Below the pieces are notes generated by a model. It made no database searches. It worked only from the letters and a program-made list of their open reading frames with translations, and was not told the origin of the DNA. Of a stretch of DNA of 24,000 nt, positions 1-8,497 are shown piece after piece (position 1 is the stretch's first letter; each line of letters starts with the position of its first letter). A program made the position numbers and the translations under genes. Origin of the DNA: Candidatus Electrothrix aestuarii (GTDB taxonomy: Bacteria; Desulfobacterota; Desulfobulbia; Desulfobulbales; Desulfobulbaceae). The stretch covers positions 4,045,821 through 4,069,820 of the forward strand of contig CP159373.1 of NCBI GenBank assembly GCA_032595685.2. The letters run 5' to 3'.

Positions 1-441
1 GCTGAAGAGCATGACCCCACCCGACCGGCCCAATGGTGGTTTCAGGAGTCGGACGAAGGCCTTATCTTGTTCATCGTGTTCTATTCCCAGACCTTTCGCT
101 GGGCCCGGTGTCTCGGTTGTAACCTGCCTTCCCAGATGTCCACTGCCCATGTTTCCTTTGATTTCCTGATCAGCCAGATCGACTATCTCTTCAGCCTGCC
201 TGAGATCCTTGAACGCGCTGATAACATCAACAAACTGATCATCTCCAACAACGGCTCAGTCCTCGACGAGGCCACCTTTTCCTCAACCGCCTTGATGTAC
301 CTCATAGGTCGCGTGAATATGTACTTCCGCTCCTTGAAAGTGCTGGCGTTTGAGTCCAGACCCGAATATGTTGATATGGTTGAGCTTGAATTCCTGGCTC
401 GGGCCTTGCAAAATGGGCAACAGCCCGCACTTATCCAATAA
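1..441 (+). CDS. 3' end of an unidentified protein-coding gene that enters from the window edge
   Basis: Frame 1 is open from nt 1 (AEEHDPTRPAQWWFQESDEGL...) to TAA at 439-441, so the listed ORF 67..441 is only its Met-initiated tail. A hairpin plus T-run follows. I recognised no family motif. Confidence 0.4.
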   Translation, partial: AEEHDPTRPAQWWFQESDEGLILFIVFYSQTFRWARCLGCNLPSQMSTAHVSFDFLISQIDYLFSLPEILERADNINKLIISNNGSVLDEATFSSTALMYLIGRVNMYFRSLKVLAFESRPEYVDMVELEFLARALQNGQQPALIQ

Positions 442-454
442 TCTGTCTGAGCAT

Positions 455-476
455 CAGGGAGTCTCCCTGTTTTTTT
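455..476 (+). terminator. Rho-independent terminator-like hairpin after the partial upstream gene
   Basis: CAGGGA-gtc-TCCCTG stem-loop (455-469) immediately followed by TTTTTTT (470-476). Confidence 0.5.
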
Positions 477-507
477 ATAACATTTCTGAACAAATGGAGA
501 ACAACGA

Positions 508-2244
508 ATGTTGACAAGAATTGTACAGCAACTCCTGAGGATGATTATACTGACTGTAGCTCTTACGGGCTGGTCAGGCATTTGCTTTGCCGTGCAGTAT
601 GTCAAGGCACCGCCTCTGACAGATGCGGTCAAGGCGCAGGTCCAGGATGTGAAAACTGGCGGAGCGGTCCGGGTGCCTCTGATTACCTGGGGCGGGGACA
701 TCGCCACCATCCTTGCCAACGGCAATAATCGGAACACAGCAGCAAATTCCATTTTTGCCAAACAAAATCTCCAGCTCGAACTCGTTCGCAGCGATGACTT
801 CAGACAGCAGGTCAAGGCCTATATGCAGGGAGAAACCCCATATTTGCGGGGCACGATGGGTATGATCAATATGGCGGCTGAGCTGCTCAACCAAGACCCG
901 CGTACCAAGCCGGTTATCATCTACCAGATGACTTGGAGTAATGGTGGTGACTGCCTGGTGGTCAAATCAGGCATCAACTCTGCCAAGGATCTGAAAGGGA
1001 AGACCATTGCCCTCCAGGCCTATGGTCCCCATGTTGATTACCTGGCCAAGCTGCTCCGCGATGCAGGCCTGAAGATGTCCGATGTGAGCATAAAATGGGT
1101 GAACGATCTCACCGGCACAGATAACACTCCTGCCGAAGCCCTGTATTCCAAAGAGGTGGATGCGGCAATGGTGATTATACCGGATGGCCTCATGCTGACC
1201 TCTAACGGCACAGTGGGTACCGGAGCGGAAGGCTCGGTCAAGGGTGCAAAGATCATGCTTTCCACCAAGAGCGCCAACCGCATCATCGCGGATGTCTACG
1301 CGGTGCGTAGCGATTATTTTTCAGCCCATAGGAAGGAGGTCCAGAATCTTGTCCACGGCCTTCTCTTGGCGGAACAGGACCTGAAGGCGCTCTTTAAGAA
1401 GAAGAAAGCCCGTCTTGCGGAGTATAAGAAGACCGTAAGTGCTGCGGCCGAGATTCTGCTCGACAGTGCGGCGGCCACCGCAGATACCGAGGCTCTGTAC
1501 GGTGACTGCGAATTTGTCGGCTTTCCCGGCAATGTGAAGTTTTTTACAGATAAAAACTGGCCGAGAAACATGCAACGCCTTACGGACGAAGTGCAGGGGG
1601 CCTTTATCACCGGTGGCTTACTGAGCCGCAAGATTGTTTTGCAGCAGGCAGATTGGGATTATAGTGCTCTCCGAAAAGGTTTGGCTGGAGTTGATAATGT
1701 CGAGGCCCCGCGATTCAACACCAAGGCGGTGGCTCAGGTGGTTGCCCAAAAGCAGAATCTCGGCACCCTGAGCGAGGGCGAGCTCTTCTCCTTTGAGGTT
1801 TTTTTTCAACCCAATCAGAACACTTTTTTAGCAGATCAGTACAGTGATGCCTTTGCCAAGGTTGTTGATTTGGCCTCTACCTATGGTGGGGCCGTTATCA
1901 CTGTGGAAGGGCACTCCGATCCTATGGGCTACCTGCGCAAGGTCAAGAATAAAGAGTCCGAGATTGTGCTGACCCGGACCAAGCAGGCCGCAAAGAACCT
2001 CAGCCTGACCAGGGCCATAGCTGTACGGGACTCCATCATGTCCTTTGGCAAGGCTCAGGGGGTCAACCTTGATTCCAGCCAATTCACGGTAATAGGGCAT
2101 GGCATTATGCATCCCCGCACTGGCATGTGCGGTCAGTTGCCCTGTGCTCCGAAAACCAAAGAGGATTGGCTGAGTAATATGCGGGTTGTCTTCCGCATCA
2201 TCCAGATAGAGGCTGAGGAAGAAGCCTTTATTCCCTTGGATTAA
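508..2244 (+). CDS. Secreted fusion protein: periplasmic solute-binding (NMT1/SsuA-like) domain plus C-terminal OmpA-like peptidoglycan-binding domain
   Basis: N-terminal signal peptide (MLTRIVQQLLRMIILTVALTGWSGICFA). The central region resembles type-2 periplasmic binding proteins (KDLKGKTIALQAYGPHVDYLAKLLRDAGL). The C-terminus has the OmpA_C pattern (FEVFFQPNQNTF...VITVEGHSDPMG...NLSLTRAIAVRDSI...VIGHGIMHP). GGAG lies upstream of the ATG. Confidence 0.75.
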   Translation: MLTRIVQQLLRMIILTVALTGWSGICFAVQYVKAPPLTDAVKAQVQDVKTGGAVRVPLITWGGDIATILANGNNRNTAANSIFAKQNLQLELVRSDDFRQQVKAYMQGETPYLRGTMGMINMAAELLNQDPRTKPVIIYQMTWSNGGDCLVVKSGINSAKDLKGKTIALQAYGPHVDYLAKLLRDAGLKMSDVSIKWVNDLTGTDNTPAEALYSKEVDAAMVIIPDGLMLTSNGTVGTGAEGSVKGAKIMLSTKSANRIIADVYAVRSDYFSAHRKEVQNLVHGLLLAEQDLKALFKKKKARLAEYKKTVSAAAEILLDSAAATADTEALYGDCEFVGFPGNVKFFTDKNWPRNMQRLTDEVQGAFITGGLLSRKIVLQQADWDYSALRKGLAGVDNVEAPRFNTKAVAQVVAQKQNLGTLSEGELFSFEVFFQPNQNTFLADQYSDAFAKVVDLASTYGGAVITVEGHSDPMGYLRKVKNKESEIVLTRTKQAAKNLSLTRAIAVRDSIMSFGKAQGVNLDSSQFTVIGHGIMHPRTGMCGQLPCAPKTKEDWLSNMRVVFRIIQIEAEEEAFIPLD

Positions 2245-2257
2245 GGAGGGCATTATC

Positions 2258-3049
2258 ATGAAAAAAATACTCTGTCTATTTGGCCTGGCTCTCTTTCTTC
2301 TCAACGCTTGCAGTGATGACAACCAGCAGCGTAAGGCAGCAGCTCCGCAAAAAAAGGCGGTTGTGCCGCAGCAACAGGCGCCAACGCCGCTTGAGCAGAA
2401 GCATACGGGTATCTGGCCACCGCCACTGGAGAATGAGCAAGACCAGGAGAATATTCTGCCTACTGACCAGTGGACCCGGAAAAACTATGTGATGATTTTT
2501 GATGGCTCCGGCAGCATGGCTGATCAGCGCTGTTCCGGCAATAAAACAAAAGTTGCTGTTGCCCAGGAGGCTGTTGCAGACTGGGCTCAGTCAGTGCCTG
2601 AAGATGCCCATCTGGGGCTTATCGTTTTTGATCAAAAGGGTTTTGCTGTCCGGCAGCAGTTGGATCAGGGCGATCGGCAGACCTTTGTCCAGCAGGTGCA
2701 GACTGTTGTGCCGGGGTCGACCACCCCTTTAACCCAGGCTGTGCAGGCGGCCTATGAGCTCCTGACTGATCAGGCCCGAAGACAGTTGGGCTATGGTGAA
2801 TACCATATGGTAATTGTAACGGACGGGGCGGCAAATCTGCCGGAAGAGTTGACCAGAGCGGTCAATGCGGTTTTGGCTCGCTCTCCAATCCTTATCAGTA
2901 CCATCGGCTTCTGCATTGCCACCACCCATTCCCTTAATCAGCCGGGTCGAACCATCTATAAGGCTGCGGATAACCCAGAGGCCCTGCGCCAGGGGCTCCA
3001 GGATATCCTGGCGGAATCTGAGTCCTTTGATGACGTAACGGATTTCTGA
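2258..3049 (+). CDS. vWA (von Willebrand factor A, MIDAS-containing) lipoprotein
   Basis: Lipobox signal peptide MKKILCLFGLALFLLNAC. Low-complexity Q/P/A linker. MIDAS DxSxS motif (IFDGSGSM), later TPL threonine and VIVTDGAAN aspartate. GGAGG RBS 6-10 nt upstream, and only 13 nt after the previous stop. Confidence 0.8.
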   Translation: MKKILCLFGLALFLLNACSDDNQQRKAAAPQKKAVVPQQQAPTPLEQKHTGIWPPPLENEQDQENILPTDQWTRKNYVMIFDGSGSMADQRCSGNKTKVAVAQEAVADWAQSVPEDAHLGLIVFDQKGFAVRQQLDQGDRQTFVQQVQTVVPGSTTPLTQAVQAAYELLTDQARRQLGYGEYHMVIVTDGAANLPEELTRAVNAVLARSPILISTIGFCIATTHSLNQPGRTIYKAADNPEALRQGLQDILAESESFDDVTDF

Positions 3050-3056
3050 AGCAAAT

Positions 3057-3093
3057 ACTGTGTAGGGGCACGGCGCGCCGTGCCCTACTACAG
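3057..3093. repeat. REP-like GC-rich palindromic element (unit GTAGGGGCACGGCG/CGCCGTGCCCTAC)
   Basis: Near-perfect hairpin ctgtGTAGGGGCACGGCGCGCCGTGCCCTACtacag. It shares the GTAGGGGC...GCCC architecture with elements at 5652, 18709 and 21936. Confidence 0.55.
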
Positions 3094-3142
3094 ATAATCG
3101 CAATACTTCGACCTGTTCGGTTAGGTTTATTTTCAAAACAAC

Positions 3143-4720
3143 ATGAATAAAAAAATAACAGGTGCGCTTCTGCTTTTAGTACTCGGGGCCGGGATACTGA
3201 TCGTTATTAAATTGCTGCTTCCGGGTATTGTTGCAGAAAAGCAGGTTAATACAAGCGATGCTGTCAAGATCAAAGGGAAGATCAGGCTCGCTCTGGATAA
3301 CTGGATAGGCTATTTCCCCCTTCGATCCAATGAAATGCGAACCCTGATGCGCCGGGAAGGCTGGAATCTGGTCTGGAACGATGATAAGGCGGATTATCGG
3401 GCCCGCATGGAGCAGCTGCATAAGGGGGAAATCGACCTTGCTGTAGCCACGGTGGATTCCTACCTCCTGAATGGCTCTGCTGTCAATTTCCCTGCGTCCA
3501 TTGTCGCGGTGATTGACGAATCCAAGGGTGGGGATGCCATTATTGCCCGGAAGAAAAAGGCGGAAAGTCTGGATAGCCTGAAGGGAAAAAATGACCTCAA
3601 AATCGCCTTTACCCCGGACAGCCCCAGCCATTACCTGCTCAAGGCAGCTGCGGATCATTTTAATGTCCCGGAACTGCTGCCACGGCAAAAGAGTAACAGG
3701 ATTGAGACCGCAGGTTCCGAGGGCGCTCTCAAGGAGCTGCTGGCAGGCAAGGCCGATATAGCCGTGCTCTGGGAGCCTGATGTTTCCAGGGCCTTGGCAG
3801 AAAGAGATATTATAAAATTACTGGGCACAGAGGACACCGAGCGGCTTATAGTTGATATTCTGCTGGTCAATCGGGATTTCATGCAGGATGAACCTGAGGC
3901 GGTTCACGCCCTGCTCAGTTCTTATTTCCGGGTGTTGAAAAAATACCGGGATAACCCGAATCTGCTGGAAAAAGATGTAGTGGAGGAAACCGGTCTTTCT
4001 CGCAAAACAACCCAGACCATGCTCAAGGGGGTACATTGGGCTTCCTTGCTGGAAAACTGCGAAACATGGTTCGGTATTAATCAAGGTGGCGCTCAATCTG
4101 GGGGGGCGGCGCAGGAAGTGATCAGTGATACCATAGAGTCCACAGCTGCAACCTTGGTCAATGCAGGGGATTTTTCCTCCTCACCTGTGCCGGACCAGAA
4201 TCCCTATCGCCTCCTGAAGAGCTCTTTTCTCCAGGAGCTCTATACCAAGGGGATAAGCGGCTTCACCACACCGGGTGCTGATGATGCCCAGGGGAAGAAC
4301 TCCCTGACCGCTCCTTTTCCGCTGTTGGAGGCTGCGGCCTGGGAGCGTCTGCGCGAGGTGGGAACCTTGAAGATTGAGCCGATCATCTTTCAGCATGGCT
4401 CGTCAGAGCTTGATCTCTTTGCGGAAGAGGTTCTGAAAAAAGTGGTAGCCCGCTTGCAGCATTATCCCAATTTTAGGATAGTGGTGAAAGGGCACACTGG
4501 CCTGCGCGGCGATCCAGAGCAGAACCGGGCCTTGTCGCAGCAGCGAGCCGACTCTGTTGCCAGTTTTCTGGTGAAAAAATTTCACATTAATCCGAACCGG
4601 ATCCGGGCAGTGGGCTATGGTGCTGATCGTCCTTTGTCCAAATTGCCTGGAGAGAGTAAGCGGACCTATGAACACCGATTATTGCGGGTAGAGATTGCCC
4701 TTGTTCGTGAGGATTTTTGA
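3143..4720 (+). CDS. Membrane-anchored fusion protein: solute-binding (NMT1/SsuA-like) domain plus C-terminal OmpA-like domain (paralogous architecture to 508..2244)
   Basis: N-terminal TM/signal anchor (ITGALLLLVLGAGILIVIKLLL). SBP-like core (IRLALDNWIGYFPL...GEIDLAVATVDSYL...DIAVLWEPDVS). C-terminal OmpA_C pattern (IIFQHGSSELD...RIVVKGHTGLRGDPEQNRALSQQRADSVASFL...VGYGADRPL). Confidence 0.75.
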   Translation: MNKKITGALLLLVLGAGILIVIKLLLPGIVAEKQVNTSDAVKIKGKIRLALDNWIGYFPLRSNEMRTLMRREGWNLVWNDDKADYRARMEQLHKGEIDLAVATVDSYLLNGSAVNFPASIVAVIDESKGGDAIIARKKKAESLDSLKGKNDLKIAFTPDSPSHYLLKAAADHFNVPELLPRQKSNRIETAGSEGALKELLAGKADIAVLWEPDVSRALAERDIIKLLGTEDTERLIVDILLVNRDFMQDEPEAVHALLSSYFRVLKKYRDNPNLLEKDVVEETGLSRKTTQTMLKGVHWASLLENCETWFGINQGGAQSGGAAQEVISDTIESTAATLVNAGDFSSSPVPDQNPYRLLKSSFLQELYTKGISGFTTPGADDAQGKNSLTAPFPLLEAAAWERLREVGTLKIEPIIFQHGSSELDLFAEEVLKKVVARLQHYPNFRIVVKGHTGLRGDPEQNRALSQQRADSVASFLVKKFHINPNRIRAVGYGADRPLSKLPGESKRTYEHRLLRVEIALVREDF

Positions 4721-5595
4721 ATTCTATGCTCTTTTCTCTTGCTCATAACAGCGGCATTGGGGGAGCTGAACAGCTCCCCAGCCTGGAAGATTTCTCTGGT
4801 CGGGCCGTACAAAAAGCCGTGTACTCAGAAAGTCTGTTTCATCCTGTCACGCTTTACTCAACCTCACTCGGCCTGCTTTCCGGCCTGGGCTGGGGCCTCT
4901 TCGACATGTACATGCTGGCAATCGGTATGGGAGGGCTGCTTTTTGTCGGGGGAGGTATGGCCATAGTGAATATGTTTTTTCGCAGCGATGTCATTGCCCG
5001 GCAATATCTGAACCGGCTCTCCTCCCGCTTTGCCAGGGAACGGGAGATAATCCTGCAAACTCTGAGCAGCGATCTGAAACAATGCCCTCATATCAAAGGC
5101 GCAGAGCAGTACGGCGAGCAGGCCCTCCAGCAATACGTCTTTATCAAAGAGAAATATGATAAATTTCGGATCATGCTGGATCAAAAGCTCAAGCACGGGG
5201 AACTGACCTATGCCCGTTTTCTCGGCGCTGCCGAGCAAGTCTATTTGGGCGGATTAGATACCCTGCGTCAAATTGTGGTTCTGCTCCAGAGCGTGAGCAC
5301 CATAGATGCTGATTATATCGCCCGCAGGTTGGCGGAACTTGAACGACTGAAGACACCAGACTCGGCAGACGAAAGGGAATATACCACCCTGAAAGAGCGC
5401 CTCGCCCTGCTGGAGCAGCAGCTGAAGCAGGTGAACAGTCTGCTCACGGATAATGAGGAGTCCATAACCATTATGAACCAGACCATAGCCACAGTGGCTC
5501 AGATGCGCACTGGTGGGGATCTGGCTTCGATGGACCTGGAAACAGCGATGGAGAATCTCCAAGAGCTGGCCAAGCGCAACTATCATACCAATTGA
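4717..5595 (+). CDS. 2-TM coiled-coil membrane protein, XpaC-like (5-bromo-4-chloroindolyl phosphate hydrolysis family) candidate
   Basis: Two adjacent hydrophobic helices (TLYSTSLGLLSGLGWGLF / LAIGMGGLLFVGGGMAIVNMFF) followed by a long helical, coiled-coil-like region. It sits immediately upstream of a TelA-family gene, as XpaC does next to YaaN in Bacillus. The TTG at 4717 overlaps the previous TGA stop; the alternative ATG is at 4726. The family call rests on architecture and context only. Confidence 0.5.
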   Translation: MNSMLFSLAHNSGIGGAEQLPSLEDFSGRAVQKAVYSESLFHPVTLYSTSLGLLSGLGWGLFDMYMLAIGMGGLLFVGGGMAIVNMFFRSDVIARQYLNRLSSRFAREREIILQTLSSDLKQCPHIKGAEQYGEQALQQYVFIKEKYDKFRIMLDQKLKHGELTYARFLGAAEQVYLGGLDTLRQIVVLLQSVSTIDADYIARRLAELERLKTPDSADEREYTTLKERLALLEQQLKQVNSLLTDNEESITIMNQTIATVAQMRTGGDLASMDLETAMENLQELAKRNYHTN

Positions 5596-5651
5596 ACAAG
5601 AGAAACTTTCCCAGAGATTGACAAGAAATAGTATTCCTCTGTGCCGATTGC

Positions 5652-5713
5652 CGTAGGGGCGAACCCCTGTGTTCGCCCTTGTCTACAGGGCAGGCACATA
5701 GGCCTGCCCCTAC
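5652..5713. repeat. Pair of convergent REP-like units (BIME-like)
   Basis: + strand unit: cGTAGGGGCGAACCCCTGTGTTCGCCCt (5652-5679, 28/28 identical to 18709-18736). - strand unit: GTAGGGGCAGGCCTATGTGCCTGCCCTG (5713 back to 5686). Each forms a GC-rich hairpin. Confidence 0.6.
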
Positions 5714-5832
5714 AACCTGTATCGAAAAGGGGAACTTATTTTTTGGGCAAATCCTTTAAAGAAAGCCTGAACGGCCCCGTTGCTGATGGCAGGGGCATAA
5801 CCCTATGTTTTGCAAAAAAGGAGATATCGACG

Positions 5833-7041
5833 ATGGCTGTGAATACAACACTCGCCCTGCCCACTGCTTCAGCTTTGAAGAACGAGCTGGCCCTTGCTGA
5901 TCCTCAGGCCCTCACCGTCACTGCCGGAGAGGATCAGGAACTTGAGCAAACAGCGGAAAAATTTGTCGCTGCGGTCCTGGCTTTTGATCCCAACGATCCT
6001 GCCCAGCAGAACGCCCGTGAGGCCAATATTGCCGCAGTGGAAACCCTGGGTGGCAAGACCCAGAAGGAGGCAGCGCATCGCAGTGCCATGCTCAAACAGC
6101 CGATTCGTTCCTTGGCTTCCAAAAGCGAGGACGGTGGTGAGGTTGCCCGTTCGCTGGTTGAGCTCAACATCCAGGTTGAGGAACTGGATCCGGGGAAATT
6201 CGATTTTGAGGCTGGTTGGTTTGCTCGTCTCTTAGGCTGGATTCCCGGCATCGGCACCCCATTGAAAAGGTATTTTATCAAGTTTGAGCAGTCGGACACG
6301 GTGATTGACGCCATTGTTCGTTCCCTGAAAGACGGTCAGGCGCAGCTAAGTCGCGATAATATCACCCTGATCCAGGATCAGAAGGCCATGCGCGGCTTCA
6401 CTTTTCGCCTGGAAAAGACCATAAAACTGGGCATGCAGATTGACCAGCGTTTGGAGTATGCTCTGGAGCGCGAAGTCGAGCCGGGGGATGCCAAGGCCTC
6501 CTTTATCCAGGAAGAGTTACTCTTTCCCCTGCGCCAGAGGATCCAGGATCTGCAACAGCAGCTGGCCGTGAACCAGCAGGGTGTGCTGGCTATTGAGCTA
6601 CTGGTTCGCAATAATAAGGAGCTGATCAAGGGCGTTGACCGGGCGATCAACGTGACCGTTAATATGCTCAGTGTAGCTGTCACCGTTGCCTTGGCCTTGG
6701 CCAACCAGAAGATTGTTCTGGAAAAGATTGATGCCATAAACAAAACCACTAACAGGCTGATTGAGGAAAACGCTGCCCGCCTGAAAACTCAGGGTGCCGC
6801 GATCCAAAAGCAGGCTGCCAGCACTCAGCTGAGCATGGAATCTCTGGAAAGGGCTTTTGCAGATATCCATACCGCGCTGGAAGATATTGCCACCTTCCGT
6901 AAGGAAGCCCTGCCCATGATGGCAGAAAATATCTTGGGTATGGAACGCATGACCGCTGAGGCAGAAGCTCAGATCCAGAAGCAGGAACAGGGAAATCAGG
7001 CTGCACCGACCATTGAGCTCGATTTCACCGGGCCTGTGTGA
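5833..7041 (+). CDS. telA: TelA-family toxic anion resistance protein
   Basis: Length about 400 aa and all-helical. The conserved central region is typical of the TelA/KlaA/YaaN family (LDPGKFDFEAGWFARLLGWIPGIGTPLKRYFIKFEQSDTVIDAIVRSLKDGQAQLSRDNITL). AAGGAG RBS lies 9 nt upstream of ATG 5833. The ORF-track start at 5641 only adds translated REP sequence. Confidence 0.8.
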   Translation: MAVNTTLALPTASALKNELALADPQALTVTAGEDQELEQTAEKFVAAVLAFDPNDPAQQNAREANIAAVETLGGKTQKEAAHRSAMLKQPIRSLASKSEDGGEVARSLVELNIQVEELDPGKFDFEAGWFARLLGWIPGIGTPLKRYFIKFEQSDTVIDAIVRSLKDGQAQLSRDNITLIQDQKAMRGFTFRLEKTIKLGMQIDQRLEYALEREVEPGDAKASFIQEELLFPLRQRIQDLQQQLAVNQQGVLAIELLVRNNKELIKGVDRAINVTVNMLSVAVTVALALANQKIVLEKIDAINKTTNRLIEENAARLKTQGAAIQKQAASTQLSMESLERAFADIHTALEDIATFRKEALPMMAENILGMERMTAEAEAQIQKQEQGNQAAPTIELDFTGPV

Positions 7042-7087
7042 TCTCACTGAGGGCGTATTTCTAAGGGGTTGAGTCTTTCGCTCCCTA

Positions 7088-7134
7088 CCCACCGTTAAAA
7101 CGGTGGGCTAGTATCGGTCGCCCCTCCGGGGCGA
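7088..7134 (+). other. Two consecutive GC-rich stem-loops downstream of telA
   Basis: CCCACCGttaaaaCGGTGGG (7088-7107) and TCGCCCCtccGGGGCGA (7118-7134). No T-run follows, so these are more likely REP-like or mRNA-stabilising structures than a canonical terminator. Confidence 0.35.
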
Positions 7135-7336
7135 GGATGTTCAAAAAACAGCGTCCCGTAGGGACTGCCGAAAATAGACCGGTGTTTCAACGCCGGGCAC
7201 GGAAAACAGGCTTTTCCTCGCTGGTAGATACTCCCGTTTCATCACGGATATGTTCAATCTCCCTTCTCTCTTTTCGGAGGAGGGAACCTCTTTTTCTCTC
7301 CATTCTTTATCTATTATATCCAATAGAGACCATGTC

Positions 7337-7855
7337 ATGAAAAAAAGTATTTTTGCATTCGCTGTCTTACTGCTCAACTTGGCTATATTCACTTCCGGTT
7401 GCTCATTCATTTCTTTTCAAGTTCCTCCTGAAAAACAGTCCCGGAAGGCGGAGGACTCCTGCCAGTCATGCGACAACGCCATTCCGCAGACCAATGCGGA
7501 AATTCGTGCATGGTATAACCAACAGGTGGTGATTATTCCTGCGCTCACAGAGCAATTAAGCCAGGAAGGAGCCAGCGTGGAAGAACGGGCAAAGCTCGCC
7601 TATGATATACGGCATCGCGCCCGGATGTACGCGCGTTTACTCATGCCTGATAAGGATGAGGTTGAGCTGCTCCGTCAACGCGACATGAAAAAATACGGCA
7701 ATCCTGACGGCCCGACCTTTGCGTATCTGGTCGAGAAAAATCAAGAGAAGGGGCTGAAAGGCGATGCCATCTATGAGGCGATCATCGAAAGCTCAAGTCG
7801 GACCAGTGCAGAATATAATGCGCGCTTCGGGATTAAGCAGGAGAGTAAGCAGTAG
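7337..7855 (+). CDS. Putative lipoprotein of unknown function (helical C-terminal domain)
   Basis: Signal peptide with a Cys (MKKSIFAFAVLLLNLAIFTSGCS), then a charged helical domain (EERAKLAYDIRHRARMYARLLMPDKDEVELLRQRDMKKYGNPDGPTFAYLVEK...). I prefer the internal ATG at 7337 over the ORF-track start at 7250. Confidence 0.55.
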   Translation: MKKSIFAFAVLLLNLAIFTSGCSFISFQVPPEKQSRKAEDSCQSCDNAIPQTNAEIRAWYNQQVVIIPALTEQLSQEGASVEERAKLAYDIRHRARMYARLLMPDKDEVELLRQRDMKKYGNPDGPTFAYLVEKNQEKGLKGDAIYEAIIESSSRTSAEYNARFGIKQESKQ

Positions 7856-7858
7856 GGC

Positions 7859-8083
7859 ATGCGTGCTGATGTTGCTCAGTATTTCTCCAGGCGTATTATA
7901 TGGCGCAAAACAGGTGATGGTGAGTTTCCTTATGTGTCTGTCGGAGAACATGGGCGGATGAAAATCCGTATAAATGATTTTCCGGCAGAGCCTCTGTATT
8001 CACTCATTGTGGATGATGTTGTACTCTGCGATTTCGATCAGTGGCCTGCTAACTGGCAGAAGGGGGAAGTCGAGACAGGATAG
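7859..8083 (+). CDS. Small cytoplasmic protein of unknown function (74 aa)
   Basis: ATG is 3 nt after the upstream stop, suggesting tight coupling. Motif RINDFPAEPLYSL...WPANW. No TM helix or signal peptide. Confidence 0.45.
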   Translation: MRADVAQYFSRRIIWRKTGDGEFPYVSVGEHGRMKIRINDFPAEPLYSLIVDDVVLCDFDQWPANWQKGEVETG

Positions 8084-8131
8084 ATTGTGGTCCTAATTTC
8101 ATATAGCTGTTATATTTTAAGGGAAAATTGA

Positions 8132-8479
8132 GTGACTCTTACTGTTAAGAAAAGTCGGTCTATTAGGATTGAGAATGAAGAATTTCGTTTTCAGGTTTCA
8201 ACTACACCGATTGATGAAAAGTGGAACTTTACTTTAAATGTAACTATCCAAAGGTGGAATCCACCTCGGGGTATTCTCAAGGTTAAAGGGTTGGTTACTC
8301 GTAACCAATGGCTTGATATTTCTGATGGTACGAAACTCGATATCGAAGACTATCCGGTGATTTTGCCAAGACACATTGCTACTCTAATTCAGAGTGCAAA
8401 ACTAAAGGGATGGAACTCTGAGAGTCGTAGTGATACGTTTGTTTTTACTGTCGATAATAATTGGGTATTTAAAGTATAA
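8132..8479 (+). CDS. Small protein of unknown function (115 aa, GTG start)
   Basis: Open frame in an AT-rich stretch, on the same strand as its neighbours. No recognisable motif. Confidence 0.4.
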   Translation: MTLTVKKSRSIRIENEEFRFQVSTTPIDEKWNFTLNVTIQRWNPPRGILKVKGLVTRNQWLDISDGTKLDIEDYPVILPRHIATLIQSAKLKGWNSESRSDTFVFTVDNNWVFKV

Positions 8480-8497
8480 TTTCAATGCGAGGCTGTT

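Noticed and set aside
183-815. 210-aa ORF on the - strand spanning the first intergenic region
   Set aside because: It overlaps two better-supported + strand genes and the terminator hairpin. It is Cys/Arg/Ser-rich with no domain signature.
5641-5832. N-terminal 64-aa extension of the TelA ORF (MPIAVGANPCVRPCLQGRHIGLPLQP...)
   Set aside because: This stretch is the translation of the REP-like hairpin pair at 5652-5713. A good AAGGAG RBS precedes the internal ATG at 5833, and TelA-family homology only starts there.
7137-7410. ORFs of 67 aa (+) and 89 aa (-) in the telA-lipoprotein spacer
   Set aside because: They overlap each other and several hairpins (for example TCCCTTCTC...GAGGAGGGA at 7261-7286). 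They lack an RBS and have low-complexity composition. The region is more likely non-coding; an sRNA is possible but unsupported.
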